Origin: Basidiobolus meristosporus CBS 931.73
Taxonomy: Eukaryota > Fungi > Basidiobolomycota
Direction of reading: 5' to 3'
Assembly: GCA_002104905.1 (NCBI GenBank)
Contig: MCFE01000089.1
Coordinates: 62,001 to 126,000, forward strand
Length of the DNA stretch: 64,000 bases
Shown one piece after another: positions 36,100-50,106 of the stretch. The number at the start of each line of letters is the position of its first letter. Position 1 is the stretch's first letter. The notes beneath the pieces were generated by a model. It had not been told where the DNA came from. It was given only the letters and a program-made list of their open reading frames with translations, and did no database searches. A program made the translations under genes and the position numbers.

Positions 36100-37508
36100 A
36101 TTGCAATCTGTGGCTTTGTTGCAATGTCTTTTGACTTTAAGGCATGGGTATAAAAACTGCAGTCTTGCCCTCCCATGCTGTTACAGGCTTTTATGTGGAC
36201 ATTATCTTAGGGCACATTTACTGTTCTCAATTGTTCTATGTTAAGCTTCTGCTTTTACTTTTAGATATGACTCAATTCTTGGCTGCAACATTGAGCTCTT
36301 TGCGTACCTTCTTTGCTGCAAATATACTGCACTCTCTGCCTGGGATATTGATTTCTCTACACATATTATCCACTCATCCTGTTTCTGGGCTATCTGCAGA
36401 TTTCTCTGGGCCATTGCATCTTTGCTATCAGCCACCACATCTAACTGCTTCATTAATGCTTTTGTATGAGCTGAGAACATAATTCATGATACAGGTGGTG
36501 GTTATTTCATAATGGTACCTGCTGGTCTTCAATCCAAGGTACTGCATTTACTATATTATCAGCTGCCTGGGCATTATAGTTAGCTTGCAGCTCTGCAGAG
36601 ATCCTCATATGTCTACTTGACTGAGAGCCTGAGGAGTTGGCATCATTGCCTTCAGTGGACCCACTTACAACATGGCCTTTTTTCAATATAGCCTTGCTTG
36701 CTGCACTGAATGTCAAAGCAAGTTATTGTCCAGCTGTACTTTGGCTGCTGTCAATGGTAGGGTGTAGTTGAGAACTAGACTAACTTACTTTACTTTTTGG
36801 CAGCATATGCATAGAAGTGAGTCAAAGCAAAGAGTAAAAAGTGTTACAAATGAATGTGTATATGGTGCCACAACTTCATTTATAGTTCCTACTATGGAGG
36901 TCATCATTGATACTTACTTTGGTGTGGGTTCAATGTCTAAACTTTAAGACTAACCTAAATTCACATGGGTATTGACAAAAGAGTGACAGTATAGCATTTT
37001 TTTGTTGAGTGTTAAGCTGCTAGCCTCATTGAGTTAACTACTTTGACTTAATACCTCAAGAGAGGAGAAAAAGACCATGTGGCTGTTGAAACAAGCTTCT
37101 CAGCTATGACACATGTGGATATCAGAGGAACTATTGCAAGAATCATGGCCAGTGTTTTGCCACACAAGTCATATTTGACCATCCATCAGTCAATACTCTA
37201 CCAACAATGTCTTGCCAGCCACTTGATACTTTTTTAAGAATACCTAGTCATATTTGTCACCCTGTGCCAATGGAGTCTGGTGAGTTATTGATGTCTTTAT
37301 GCTCTCCTTCGCTGTCTGAATATGACACACAGAGCAACAGCACCAAAGATGAAGGCTCACTGCTGGATGTTAAGCCTATCTTCCCTAACAACAGTACTCT
37401 GCATGAGCATGGCAAGATCCCAATATGCAATGAGACAACACCTGTAGAAAAAAATGCCATGTATACTTGATGGGGTGACATATAACCCAGAGACTGTCCT
37501 GGTACCTG
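36100..37508. mobile_element. Central fragment of a CACTA element (ORF2 on minus, transposase N-terminus on plus)
   Basis: 36507-36716 is paralogous to 55986-56273 and 37207-37470 to 55466-55762, with the same divergent layout inverted. Confidence 0.75.
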
Positions 37509-39794
37509 TGTTATGATATATTGCTTGAATGTGTAGGTTAGATTATCTTTTAGTCATATCAATTAGTTATATGTTTAGCCTATCAGTAAATTGATGTCAT
37601 CTATCAAATCAGTAGCATTAGTCAGCAAATGAATCAGCAGATCCTTATCAGACAAAATAGATATAAAAGCAGGATCTTATTGTGTGATAGTGTTGCAATC
37701 AAATGAGTCATTAGCTGTAACCTACTTTATGAAATACAATTAGTCATTAATTAATCTGGCAAAATGTAAATGAGGAGCTGCTGGGACCTCAATAACAATC
37801 AGTTCAAGTTCAAGTGAATACAACACTGGCTAAACTTCCCATTCCTCTACAACTCTTATACCAAGACCTGTAACATTGGTAACAGCAATAATAAGAAACC
37901 TCCCTCCTGAAGCTAGTAGAAGCCTACCTCAAGCTGTCAGAAAATCAAGAATTTAAAAATGGTATGCAGCAAATCCTGTCCCATCAGCAACAAAGAATGA
38001 CTACCATGGCTCAAAGCTGGCAAAACCCTGTCAAGAGCAGCCTGAGTGTGAAGGTCAACTGGTACCATGGTAGAGTCAATGAAAGCCTGGGAACCTGGCA
38101 CTTCCAGATTGAAGAAGCTTTCAAGCCTATGGGACTTGCCCCAGGAAGCAAGTTACATTATGCAGCCTCTTACCTGGCAGATGCAGCTTTACAGTAGTGC
38201 CACAACAAGATCAGGTCAGCCACTATGATGGGATGCTGTATAATCCATACCTGGGATGAGTTTGTGCAGGAAATTCAGGATGCTCCAGAAACCTCACACC
38301 AGCTAATACTACTAAGAAGAAAGTTGAAGACACTCAGACAGAGAGAAATGGTTCAAAAGTACATCTATGAATATCAATGTCTATTCAGACAAATTGAAAG
38401 AATTTGCCTACTGGATCAAGTGGAATACTGTATTGATGGGTTAAACAAAGAACTTGCAGGGAAGTGAATTATCACATACCTTGGACTATTGAAGAAGCCA
38501 TCAAGATTGCCATTGATAATGACTCAGCTGTGCTTGGAGTTGGGAATCCCACAACAACTGATCAGAGAGGATACTGTCACTTTGAAAGAAAACAATCAGC
38601 AGCAGTGCCAATGCAAATAGATGCTATGCAGAAAAATCCTACCATAGAGAAATGTAAGAAGAAAGGACTTTGCTTTAACTGCCATCAGCAGGAACATATT
38701 TTAAAGTACTGCCCTCAGAGAAGAAATGGACACCAGCCATCAAGAACCTTCAGCTATATTGAAGCCCTTGAGCATAGTAACATGGAGGATGGGTTTGCAG
38801 AAGACTCAGTACTCACCTTTCATACAACAGAAGAATACCCATCCCAGATGACCTCAAACTCAGGAAAGCTACTATACTTCAATAGAGTAATCAACAGAGT
38901 ACCTGCCAAGATCATGATTGACTCAGGAGCATTACATGAGTGCATGTCAGAGCAATTTGCTTTGAAAGCTGGAGTCAACTTGGAACCCACCAAATCAACT
39001 TCAATCTTGACTGCTGATGGGAACTCTCACATAATCAACTCTATTATTTAGCCAGTAAGGATGAAGATCAATGATCATGTAGAAGACCTACAGGCCTATA
39101 TATTTGGGAACTGCAAGTTTGTCCTTGTACTTGAAAAAGCCTGGCTTTTTTGTTGTAATCCATCTATTGACTGGAGAACCCATGCTACTCAGATCCAGAA
39201 GGACAACAAGACCTGTGGGTTATTATCTGCCAGACCAGATTTTAACCTGGTCAATTCTAGTGTGTGTGAAACAAGTGAACTAAGCAAGAAACAGTTCTGT
39301 AGAGTACTTGGAAAAGGTACTCAGATGTTGCTCATGATGGTATTACAGAAGAATTCCTCTACTCCAGCAACCTACAAGGTACAGACTCCTTTGAAGGAAT
39401 ATTCAGTTGTATTTCTGGAGGAACCTGCAAGCCTACCACCAGTCAGAGATGTTAATCATGTCAATGACTCAGATTATAGCCCTCCAGTGAGTAAGACACC
39501 TTACAGAATGAATTCATTGGAGTTGGAAGAGATGAAGAGACAAATAGATTGGTTATTGGAGCAAGGCTATATCAGACCCAGCAGGTCATCTTGGGGAACA
39601 GCAGTACTTTTTGTGAAAAAGAAGGATGGAACACTTGGGACATGCATTGACTACAGAGCTCTTAACTCACTCACTATGTAGAATAAGTACTGCATACCTT
39701 GGATTGAAGAGCTTTTGGATCAACTCAATGGAGCTACCATTTTCAGCAAGATTGACCTCATGAAGGGATACAACCAGATCTGGGTGAAACCAGA
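37509..39794 (+). mobile_element. Ty3/gypsy element B4, 5' half
   Basis: LTR 37509-37875, PBS TGGTAACAGC, gag, knuckle CFNCHQQEHILKYC, protease MIDSGA, RT start; cut off by the CACTA TIR at 39795. Confidence 0.88.
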
Positions 39795-42350
39795 CCCTAT
39801 GAAAATTAATTTTTTCCTCCCGGTGGATCCGGTCCGGATCTGCTGTCAGGAGCCTATTAAGATACTGTCATAATATCAGCCGCTTGAAGTTTGTGACCCT
39901 AATAACAATCTCATAACAGGATCATGACAGTGTTTTTCTAATTTCACAACCAAATAAAGAGCTAAACTTTACAATATTTTAGCAGTGCTCTGAAAATATT
40001 TTCATGGTTTTGTTGCAGTCTTTTAGCGCTCTGTGACTATTTTAAGTGGATCCAGTTTGCCAGGACATCCAGCTGCCATATATGGCAAGAAACTTCACAA
40101 TATTTTGACAGCTTCACAAAAAGACTGATAATATTATATCAGCAGTATGACAGCCTACAGCTGGTTCTGTATAATGCTACTGTATCAATATACCAAATGG
40201 TATTTCCTTTTTCTACCTCCCCTTGGGCATTTTATATATTCCACTGTAGAATCACATACTTTTTTTTGCTTACCCACTACTACCTTAGGTATTTGACATA
40301 TAGTTCAGATCAGAAAAACTATGGCCTCCTGCTTGCTAACCTCTTCAAATGCGCACACCTGCCGCAATTGACATACTTCCATCATCTCAACTTTATAGCT
40401 TTTTAGTGTGATACTTGCAAAGTTGCCATATACCTTTTACTGCTGGTAACATATACATCTTGCAAACATATGCTTGGTTGTTGCCACTTCTGCTGTGAAT
40501 ACCTCCTGAATATCTGCAAAGAGCTTCTCAGTATTGAGCCAATATATTCCTTCTCCCTGCTGGATTCTAGTCCCCCTTATAGGTGCACGCTGGCTCTTGT
40601 TTGTATGAGTTCTGTATTGAATGGTGTAGAATTGGCTTGTGACCATGAGAAAGCTGGCATACCTTGGCAGAGTTTTCCTGATAAAAACTAGTTGCTTGTT
40701 GCACCAAACCCAACTTTGCATTACTTAACTGATTAGCCACTCATTGGGGCTGCTTAGCTTCTTAATGCCATAGGCATAGGTGTCTCCATGTGCACATTTG
40801 TCCTCACTATTTTCCCACTCATTTGGGCTGTTCTCCATGTGCCAAATCATTGCATCCATGACAGACTGGAAGGCAATATTCTTGATGAGATTGAGATATG
40901 GTAGTACCTGCAACTTGACTTGTCTTCCTATCTCCCCACACATCTGCTCCAAAGGAAACTCCCAAAAGGTGAAGCCAGTCCCAAAATTCTCCACACACTT
41001 AGCAAGATGGAGTAGAGAAAGGATACAGTAGCGGCATAGATCTACCTCTTCAGCTTTATGTTTGCAGTATAACTGCTCAATTCTTGTCACCAACACCGCA
41101 CAAAACAGCTGTAGATGCGTCAAGTTGGCATTGGTGATCTGCTTCTGGATAAGTATCCCATCAATGTCCACATAGGACTTCCTATTCTTCCAATGTAAGC
41201 TTGGTAGGAATGGCTTCCAAACACCACTTGAATAAATACATATCCATTTCATCCAGTCTTTGCATTTGCATTGTTGCATATGCGTATGAGTATTAATTGG
41301 ATCCCATGAGAAGTACCCAGAGTAGTGGATACTCTGTAATATCCTACCAATTCTTTCAAGTTTCTCCGGTATCTCAAAGGGCTCTTTTACCTTGAAATGC
41401 CCTAGGCACAACTTGGTCATCAGTATAGGGATATTGTTGAAAAGCAAATGCATTGCTCCTAGTGGAAAGCTTTTGCTCCAACAAATACCTTCTACCTTAA
41501 GTATCTCTAGCTTCCAATTGATTCCATAATCTGGCCAATGGCCTATAGCTTGCCAGATTGGCTTCAATTGCATGATGACTTCTGTATATTCTCTTTGTGG
41601 AAACATGATGATCTTAGTGCTGGTGCTTGGGGAATACTAATAGTTTTGAGTTATGGAGTAAATCCTCTGGATCTCACAAATTTGACAGCAATACTATCCA
41701 TTGTGCCTGGAAAAACCTGCTATCTTGCTGGTGGCAGGGGTATCTCCAATGCAGATTATACTACATGCTTTTATATCACAGCCATTTACTGTTATCCTGC
41801 TGGAAAGCATACAAAATACATACAGCAATGGATACAGGTAGCTATCAAGGTTAGATGGTAATTTAGGCCCAGATACCGGTGAGACTACCTTCAGACTATT
41901 GCTCCAATACTGTAAGATGGGTGGCAGATTCAGGTTGATGAGAATCAGTGGCCAGCAGGATTTGCTGGTAGGGTACTTGTTTAATAAGAGTCCATCAAGT
42001 GCTAAACCAAAGGTAAGGTCATACATACCTTCAAAGTAGCTCTTGCTTCTTAGCTGTTTGTAATGTTTGCTATTGAATAAATTGGATATGTTTGAGCTTG
42101 ACTGATACTGAGTCTGGTACTGTATAGCTTTGCAATATTTGCTTAACTGTATCAGCTTCCTCAGATGGTATACGACCAGATTATATCTGGAATGTGAGCA
42201 ATGCTTTCCCTCAACAGTGGTGGATTCCTGACAATTTGGACACACTGAAATAGTAGCACTTTTGGATGTGAATGCCATGCAACTGTTAGCACATGCTGGA
42301 ATTAGAACAGTCTCTGGATCATATGTTGCCAGCTGCATGACAGTTGTCCA
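39795..42350 (-). mobile_element. CMC/CACTA element, left end plus transposase pseudogene
   Basis: TIR CCCTATGAAAATTAATTT at 39795; tnp2 motifs LALDG...CWPLILINLNLPP, GPKLP...YLYPL, GDTPA, TFWEFPLEQMCG. Confidence 0.88.
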
Positions 42351-45300
42351 CTAGGCTTTAGCTTTTTGAGTACATAGAGTACTCCCTGTACTTCTTTCTT
42401 GATAGATGGATAGTTGGGCTTATTCCCTTTGAATAGTCTACCAAGATATTTGCAAGGTATTTGATGATGATCTTTTGAAACTTAAACCATGATTCCACCA
42501 ACTCCAATTCCAGAGCTTTCAACAGATACAATGATTGGTTGTGAATCAATAACACTGTAGTTTATAGCTGCTAAGAGAGGTGGCTTTGATAATGACTCAT
42601 GCAATTTCAATATAGCATTTGCCTATTCTTCATACCATTCAAAGTTCTGCTTTTTCTGCAATAGCTAAGTCAGCGGTTTAACAATTTGAGCATAGTTCTT
42701 CATCCAGATTCTGAATAGACCATTAAGTACTACTAGTTGTCTGACTTGATGAATATTCCTTGGTGGCTTTCAATTTAGTGCCAATGAAAGTTTTGCAGGA
42801 TCAAGCATTCTCCCATTTTCAGTAACAAGTTCACCTAGATTGATTGCTTTGTTGTAGCCAAACTTGCATCTGGCTCCAGATACAGTCAGATCAGAAGCTT
42901 GAAGTTTCTTCATGACCCTTTCAACAGTGCATATGTGATCATAAACATATCTTTGTACTGGAGGTACAACATGTGATGCTTCTTTTTCTCTGGATTTATT
43001 CTTAACTGCAATGTCATCAAGAAATGGTTAGCATATATCAGGAAAGCAGTCATCCAAAGCCTAAATCATTGCACGTTGATAATTTTGGACAGAGTTAGTC
43101 CATTCTTGAGGAACTCTTGTCATCCTTGTGAGTCCTATTAGTGTATCCACAGCTGTGAAATCTCTTGAGTCAGGATCCAGAAGTATTTGGTCATATCCTG
43201 AATAAGGATCCAATGTGCTAATCTAATGATATCCAGTAAATAACTCATTATATTCATGTCATATAGGTGGTTGCATAGCATCTTTGATGGTGACCTTATT
43301 CAAATGCTGCACATCTTGGATAAACTGTAGACTTCCATTTTTCTTCAATGGTGTAAACCAGGGATTCCAATAGGATCCATAGCTATATTCAATGATGCCA
43401 CTTTGAAATCTAGATTGTAGCATTTCAATTACTTTGTTTGGTAATCTTGAGGGAATAGGATATGATCTCAGTGCCCATGGTGTATATTCAATGGTATAGA
43501 TCTTAACCAGTGGCAATAGCTGTGGATAAACATCTCCTTTGTACATCATTAAATGCATAGACATTGTCATAGTATTGTAGCCTAGTCAAAAAGAGACTTT
43601 TTTCCTTAGTGGTAAGAGTAGTCCCAATAGCTAACTCCTTGTGCTTCTCTTCTGTGAGTCAGATTTTGTCATATTTGTGCAAAGGCTCCATCTGAATATT
43701 GCTGTTAACAGATGGTGAGATTCCAGTAGATACTGGCTTTGCTTTCAATGCAACTGGCTAATACTTGGTATTTGTCTTACTTGTTGTCAGCAGAATGAAG
43801 TGTTGATCATAAAAAAAATCCTTATGAACCTGAACATTTTGTATTGGAATTGAGTCTGCATTTCTTGGATTATTCTCTTCTGCTACACAAAAGGTTGCCC
43901 TTTTTTTTGATTGTCAGAAGTGATTGTCAGCCATAAGCTTTCATGAGGTCTGTTATCAGCTTGTAGAAGGGACTTTCTCTCATATGGTTGTCCTAACATT
44001 ACCTCAAAAGTGGGTCCATTGGAAACAATGAAAAAGGGTGAAGTAACCCTGATTCCTTCAATCTCAGTTGGTACAGAGTGACATAGTCCAAACATCTTCA
44101 CTGTTGCACCTGTAGCAGTTCTCAGATTCCAGTCAACTTCTGTTGATAGCAATTTGATTTTTTCAAAAGTCATAGAAGTGATAGCATTGATTTCTGATCC
44201 AGAATCAAAAACACATTCCACTTCAACATTGTTGATTGTAGCACAATAGCTTCCTATGGTAATTGAGTAAAAGGCTTTTTCCACTTCAAATTGTAGTTGC
44301 TCACTTGATCACATTGTTGACTACTGTTCTTAATAATTCTTCAGGATATCTTTGTTCATAGGCTTAACTATTTCTGGTAGTAGTTGACTAAGATTTTTGA
44401 TAGCAGTGAACATTTCTTGATTTGTAAGTTGTGGAAATGGAAATTTCCGGAGTTTGTCAATAACTTTCTGTGTAATAGCAGTAGTGTTATACTTAGATTG
44501 GGATTGCAAGTGTTCTTTTTGAATTTTTGATGTAGCTGGCTGTACTGGTATTTCAACAACTGGCTGATTCCTCTTGTTGGTACACACCTTTTTAGGATTG
44601 CTCTCTGTAGAGACATATATTCTCTTATCAATAAGACAGTTAAATACTTCTACTTCCTCTTTTTCCATTACATATTCTTGGACCTGCCCTGATGGGTCTA
44701 ATATTGGAATTTACAACATTTATTGCTTGGAATTTTGCATTCTTTTGGATTTGTATGAAATTTGATGTTGTAGTCCTTTTACTTGATTTTTCTTGAGCAA
44801 GTACATAGGACCTCATTCCACCATAACATCTGTTGATAGGCAAGGGGTTTCCAACAATATCATAGATCTTCCAATAGAAATCAATCAAAGCTTTATGACT
44901 GTGAATATCAATATTCAATATTTGACAACCATAACAGCTATGTTCCGTAGATTCACAGAACACACAATATTTGGTTTGCTGTGAATAATTACTGGTTGTT
45001 TTAGGATTTTCTGGTCTTGCCCTGTTGATGCTTGATGATGTTTGAGAGTCCAGCTTAAGCGTAAGTTTTCCTAATGCATCAAGTAATTCATTAACCTGAT
45101 CACTTTATGGGTTATCTGTACGATGAAGAATTTGCTTAGTTAGAGTGGAAAGCCTCATTTGAATATTAATGGAATTCATGACTTGTCTCCCTGATTTATA
45201 GTTTAGCACCATTTGTTTAACATTGTCATAGGAGCTTGTAGCTTGAGCTTGGTGGCTAATGGCAATACGCATATCAGGAGGCATATTCATCAGAAAATAA

Positions 45301-45400
45301 TTTCTTTGATAAAATCTTGGAATTCCAATAGCTGCTTCAACATGCTTTGCTTTTGACTCAAACTTTTGAACGTACTTTTGCAAGAGTTGGGTCTTGTTGT

Positions 45401-48400
45401 TGTTGTAAAAATTTGTATTTCCACCTAAATATTCACCTAACTTAGTCACTTAGATCATTACCTTCATATCCCAGAGAATACTGACCAAAATCCTTGTTGG
45501 GATTTACTTAGAATATTTTCACCAAAATACCAGGTCCCCAGAACATGAAAATTCTCAAAGTTGTCCAAACAGCCCCAAACTTTGCACACATGTTCTTGGG
45601 AGCTTTCTAAACCTATTCTACGTGTTTGTAATGCCAAGACCAGGTAAAAGTATAAATACTACTTTACATTCAATAAATCATTGAGCAAAAACCACATAAT
45701 CTACTTGTCCTCCCAAATCACTTCCAATATCTCCAGGACTCCTACAACAGGTTATGAGCCCCAAGCTGTCACTCTCTGCAATGTCTACTACTGCTATTAC
45801 TGGAACTCTTCCCTCTGCTGAAAAGTTGGATGGCTCTAACTACCAAGTGTGGAAGGTGAAGATGAAGATGCTGCTACAAGAAAGAGGCCTTTGGGATATT
45901 GTCATGGGAGAAGAATGCCCTCCTAACAATGTGGAAGAGGAAGCCTTAAAGTACCAGAAGAAAGAACAAAGTGCCTTTAACTGCATTTGCCTTAATGTCA
46001 AGGACAAATTGCTAATTCAATGCTCAAGAGCAAAAATGCAAAAGAATGCCTGGAAAGCATTAGAAGACACCTACCAGTCATGTTCAGCTGCCAAGAAAAT
46101 GCATCTGAGATGAGAATTCTTTACTACAAAGATGCTGCCAGGAGAAGAAATGAAAAATCTAATTAACAGAATTACCCTGCTGGTAGATGAGATGGAATCT
46201 GTGGGCGTACCAACTACTGATGAGGATGTGATAGTTACCATCCTGAATAGCCTGACAGACAAGTTTCAGGGCCTTGTATCAGCCCTAGAGTCCAGAGCTG
46301 AAGATTTGACCTAAAATTATGTATATGGAAGGCTCCTGGATGAAGAATTAAGAAAATCAAGTGCCAATGATAAAGAAGAAGAAAATGCTTTAATAAGCAA
46401 TGATAACCAACAAAGGAGGTACCCAAGACCCTACAAAGGCAACAGCAACCTTTTTTGCAACTACTGCAAAAGGAAAGGACATACATCAGACCAGTGTCTC
46501 AAAAAGAGAGATTATCAGCAAAAGAAGCCTGAATATGGAAATGCTGCTACAACTGAAGATAGACTATTCATATCTGCACTAAATATGACCACAAACAAGG
46601 ATTCTCAGACGTGGTATATTGACTCTGGAGCATCTCAACACTTTACACACCAAAAAGAACTTTTTACCCAATATCAAGAAATTCCAATTAATAAGGTTTT
46701 CATGAGTGACAATAGAACACTTGATGCAGTGGGAGAAGGAACTATCTAAGTAAACCTAAGAAGCAGTGAAGGAAGCCATACACTGACCTTTAAAGAAGTA
46801 CTCTATGTACCAGAAATAGCTAAGAACCTACTCTCTGTAAGCAAGGCCACAGCAGAAGGACTCAGTTTCAGCTTTGATAATTGTGGATGCAGGATCCCTG
46901 ATCAAAATGGTGCTAATATTGCTTTAGGCATCAGAGATCAGAATCTATACAAGTTGACTTATATTCCATCATATCTGGAAGCCAACATAAGTAACTTAAA
47001 TGAAGAAACACCAATGCTTTGGCATAGGAGATTTGGACACATCAATTTTGATTAATTGGGTAAAATGATCAAAGATCAGCTAATTTCTGGAGTGAAAATT
47101 GATCTCCCAGCTAATTTGGAGCAATGTGAAGCCTGCATATATGGGAAAGAAGCCAGACAACTATTCAAGAGCTCTGGGTTAATCAAAACTAAGAAAAAAT
47201 TAGATCTAATTCACTCAGATCTGTGTGGACCTATGCAAAATGTATCCTTAGGCAGGATGAAGTATAAGTCCCTAAATAGCCGCTAGACAAAGTTTTGGAG
47301 ATTTGCAATGACTGAGGAATATCAGGCCCTGATGGAAAATCAAACTTGAGACTTAGTCAAATTACCAATCAACCAAAAATCAATTGGATGCAGATGGGTC
47401 TTCAAGACAAAATACAAGGCTGATGGTACAATTGAAAGATACAACGCAAGACTTGTAGCCAAAGGATACTCTCAAACAAACAGACATGACTATACTGAGA
47501 CCTTTGCACCGGTAACCAAGTTTAATTCCATCAGATTAATATTGGCTATTGCAGCCAAATATAAGATTTTTATTCATCAAATGGATGTAAAAACTGCATT
47601 TTTGAATGGAGAACTTGCTGAGGACATGTATATGGACCAGCCTGATGGGTTTGTTGACCAAGATAACCCCCATTTGGTCTGTAAGCTTAAAAGGTCACTA
47701 TATGGTCTCAAACAATCACCAAGAGCCTGGAATTGCAAGATAGATTCTTATTTGGAATCCTTGAGTTTCAAAAGAAGTAATGCTGACTATAGTATATACT
47801 ATAAGCCAGATAGAGCAAATCCAGTTCTATTAGCTCTATATGTGGATGATCTTATTATAGTCGCAAATAACCTAGAAACATTGGAAGAGACTAAATGCAG
47901 CCTATATAAGGAGTTCAAGATGTCTAATCTAGGAGAACTTAGTTACTACTTAGGGATTAAGTTCTCCATAGACAGAGGTACCCAGACTATCACCCTAAGT
48001 CAATCCAAGTATATTCAAGATCTACTAAAGAAGTACCAAATGGAAGACTGTAAACCGGCAGCTACCCCAATGGAGACAAACCTTAACCTGGTAAAAACTC
48101 AACCAAATCAAGAGAGCTTGGTGCCATCTGAAAGCCCTGACTTTCCTTATCAATCTATGGTCGGCAGGCTGATATATATCATGCTTGGAATATGTCCAGA
48201 TATCTCATATTCAGTGGGAGTTGTCAGCCAACATAATCAGAACTATGGATCTGATCATATTGCAGCAGTTAAGCGGATTTTTAGATACCTAAAAGGAACT
48301 GCTGATATCTGCTTAAGATACACTTATAAGGATTCAGAACAGGATCTTGTGGGATACTCTGATGCTGATTGGGGACAAAATTTAGAAGATAGAAGATCCA

Positions 48401-49180
48401 TCACAGGATACACCTTTCTTTACTGTAAAGGAGCAATTTCATGGAATTCAAGAAAGCAACCAACCGTAGCACTTTCCACCACAGAGGCAGAATATATGGC
48501 AGCCTGTGAAGCTACAAAAGAAGCAATGTAGCTTAGAAAACTTCTTACAGATTTAGGACTATGTCAAAAAATGCCTATTACTTTATTTTAAGATAATCAA
48601 GGATGCATACAATTAGGTAGAAATCCAACTTTTCATGCTAGAACCAAGCACATAGATATTAGACATCATTTCATACATGAAGCTATAGAGAATAACTTAG
48701 TTAGCTTAGTTTCCTGTCCTGCAGATGAAATGATTGCAGACATATTTACCAAACCATTAGCTAGAGACAAGTTTGAATATCTTAGGTCAAAATTAAGACT
48801 AGTCAGTATGAACATTGAGCTGGGTGGGAGTGTTGTAAAAATTTGTAATTCCACCTAAACATTCACCTAACTTAGTCACTTAGATCATTACCTTCATATC
48901 CTAGAGAATACTGACCAAAATCCTTGTTGGGATTTACTTAGAATATTTTCACCAAAATACCAGGTACCCAGAACATGAAAATTCTCAAAGTTGTCCAAAC
49001 AGCCCCAAACTCTGCACACATGTTCTTGGGACCTTCCTAAACCTATTCTACGTGTTTGTAATGCCAAGACCAGGTAAAAGGATAAATACTACTTTTACAT
49101 TTAATAAATCATTAAGTGAAAACCACAGAGTCTACTTGTCATCCCAAATCACTTCCAATATCTCCAAGACTCTTACAACA
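45401..49180 (+). mobile_element. Ty1/copia element D, both LTRs present, integrase core deleted
   Basis: LTRs 45401-45749 and 48831-49180; PBS GGTTATGAGCCC at 45750; PPT TGGGTGGGAG; perfect 5-bp TSD GTTGT; gag, WYIDSGA protease, RT YVDD, RNase H YSDADW. Confidence 0.95.
47542..48531 (+). pseudogene. copia D RT-RNase H open segment (329 aa)
   Basis: HQMDVKTAFLNG, LYGLKQSPRAW, LYVDDL, GYSDADW, SWNSRKQPTVALSTTEAEY; flanked by stops. Confidence 0.9.
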
Positions 49181-49873
49181 GTTGTAAGACATTTCTAGCT
49201 CATTTAGTGTAACAAGCTGTGCTTCCTTTTGATACTCAGCTAAAATAGCTTGTTGAGCAGTGTCCTAGTTATAGTTAGCACCAACAGCTTTCTTAAATGG
49301 ATCCCAACTTTGTAAGAATCTTGACACTTCAACTGTGAAAGGGAGACAACTTGATTTTGTTCTTGTGTGAATGATCAAATGCTGCAGGTATATCATTAAA
49401 CTCTTCTAGACACTCAGTAACATTCTCTCCTGAAAATCTTACTGGAATGGCACTTTTGAAAGTAGCTGTTAACTCTGGGAGTGGTGTATAGGTCATTCTT
49501 GTAACATTTCTTGATGCTTGTATAGTGATAGGTTCAAACTACCCTGGTTCTCCACCAAATTCTTGTTGTATTGCATTATGGTTAGTTTGGGGCTTGTGCT
49601 ACAATGTAGATGCCAAGTAACAATATACAACAACTTTTGGTATGCTAATACTGAAATAGTTTATTGGGAGTTTAATATGCCTATAGAAGATAATACTATG
49701 ACTAATATCCTCAGTCTTAGGCTCAAAATATACTATAGGCAGTATTTCTCACTTCTACAGCAGTGTTGACTAATGGGCTTATTTACTTTTTTAGTAACTT
49801 TTCCTTATTTCAAAGTCACTTTCCTTTCTGGGAAAATATTTCCTAATATGGGAATTCTGAGTTCCCATTCTAC

Positions 49874-50106
49874 CTAAAGGGGTGTGTTGTAAAAGTCTCT
49901 AAAGGGGTCTTTACACCTGAAGGTGTGTCCTTAGAGTGAAGGGGCTTCTTGTAGTGGTCTCTAAAGTGGACTTTACACTAAAGGGGTGCCTAAAAGGGCT
50001 TCTTTAGAGTAAATGGGTTTCTCAAAGGGGTCTCTAAAGGGGTCTTTAGACTAAAGGGGTGTCTAAAGGGGTGTTGTTAGAGTAAAGGGGCTTCTTAGAG
50101 GGGACT
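49874..50106. repeat. Degenerate short-period repeat built on CTAAAGGGG / TTAGAG / TTTACAC
   Basis: About ten imperfect (T)AAAGGGG units interleaved with TTAGAG and TTTACAC. Confidence 0.7.

Noticed and set aside
49874-50106. TAAAGGGG tract as telomeric repeat
   Set aside because: It is degenerate, interleaved with other motifs and internal to a retroelement.
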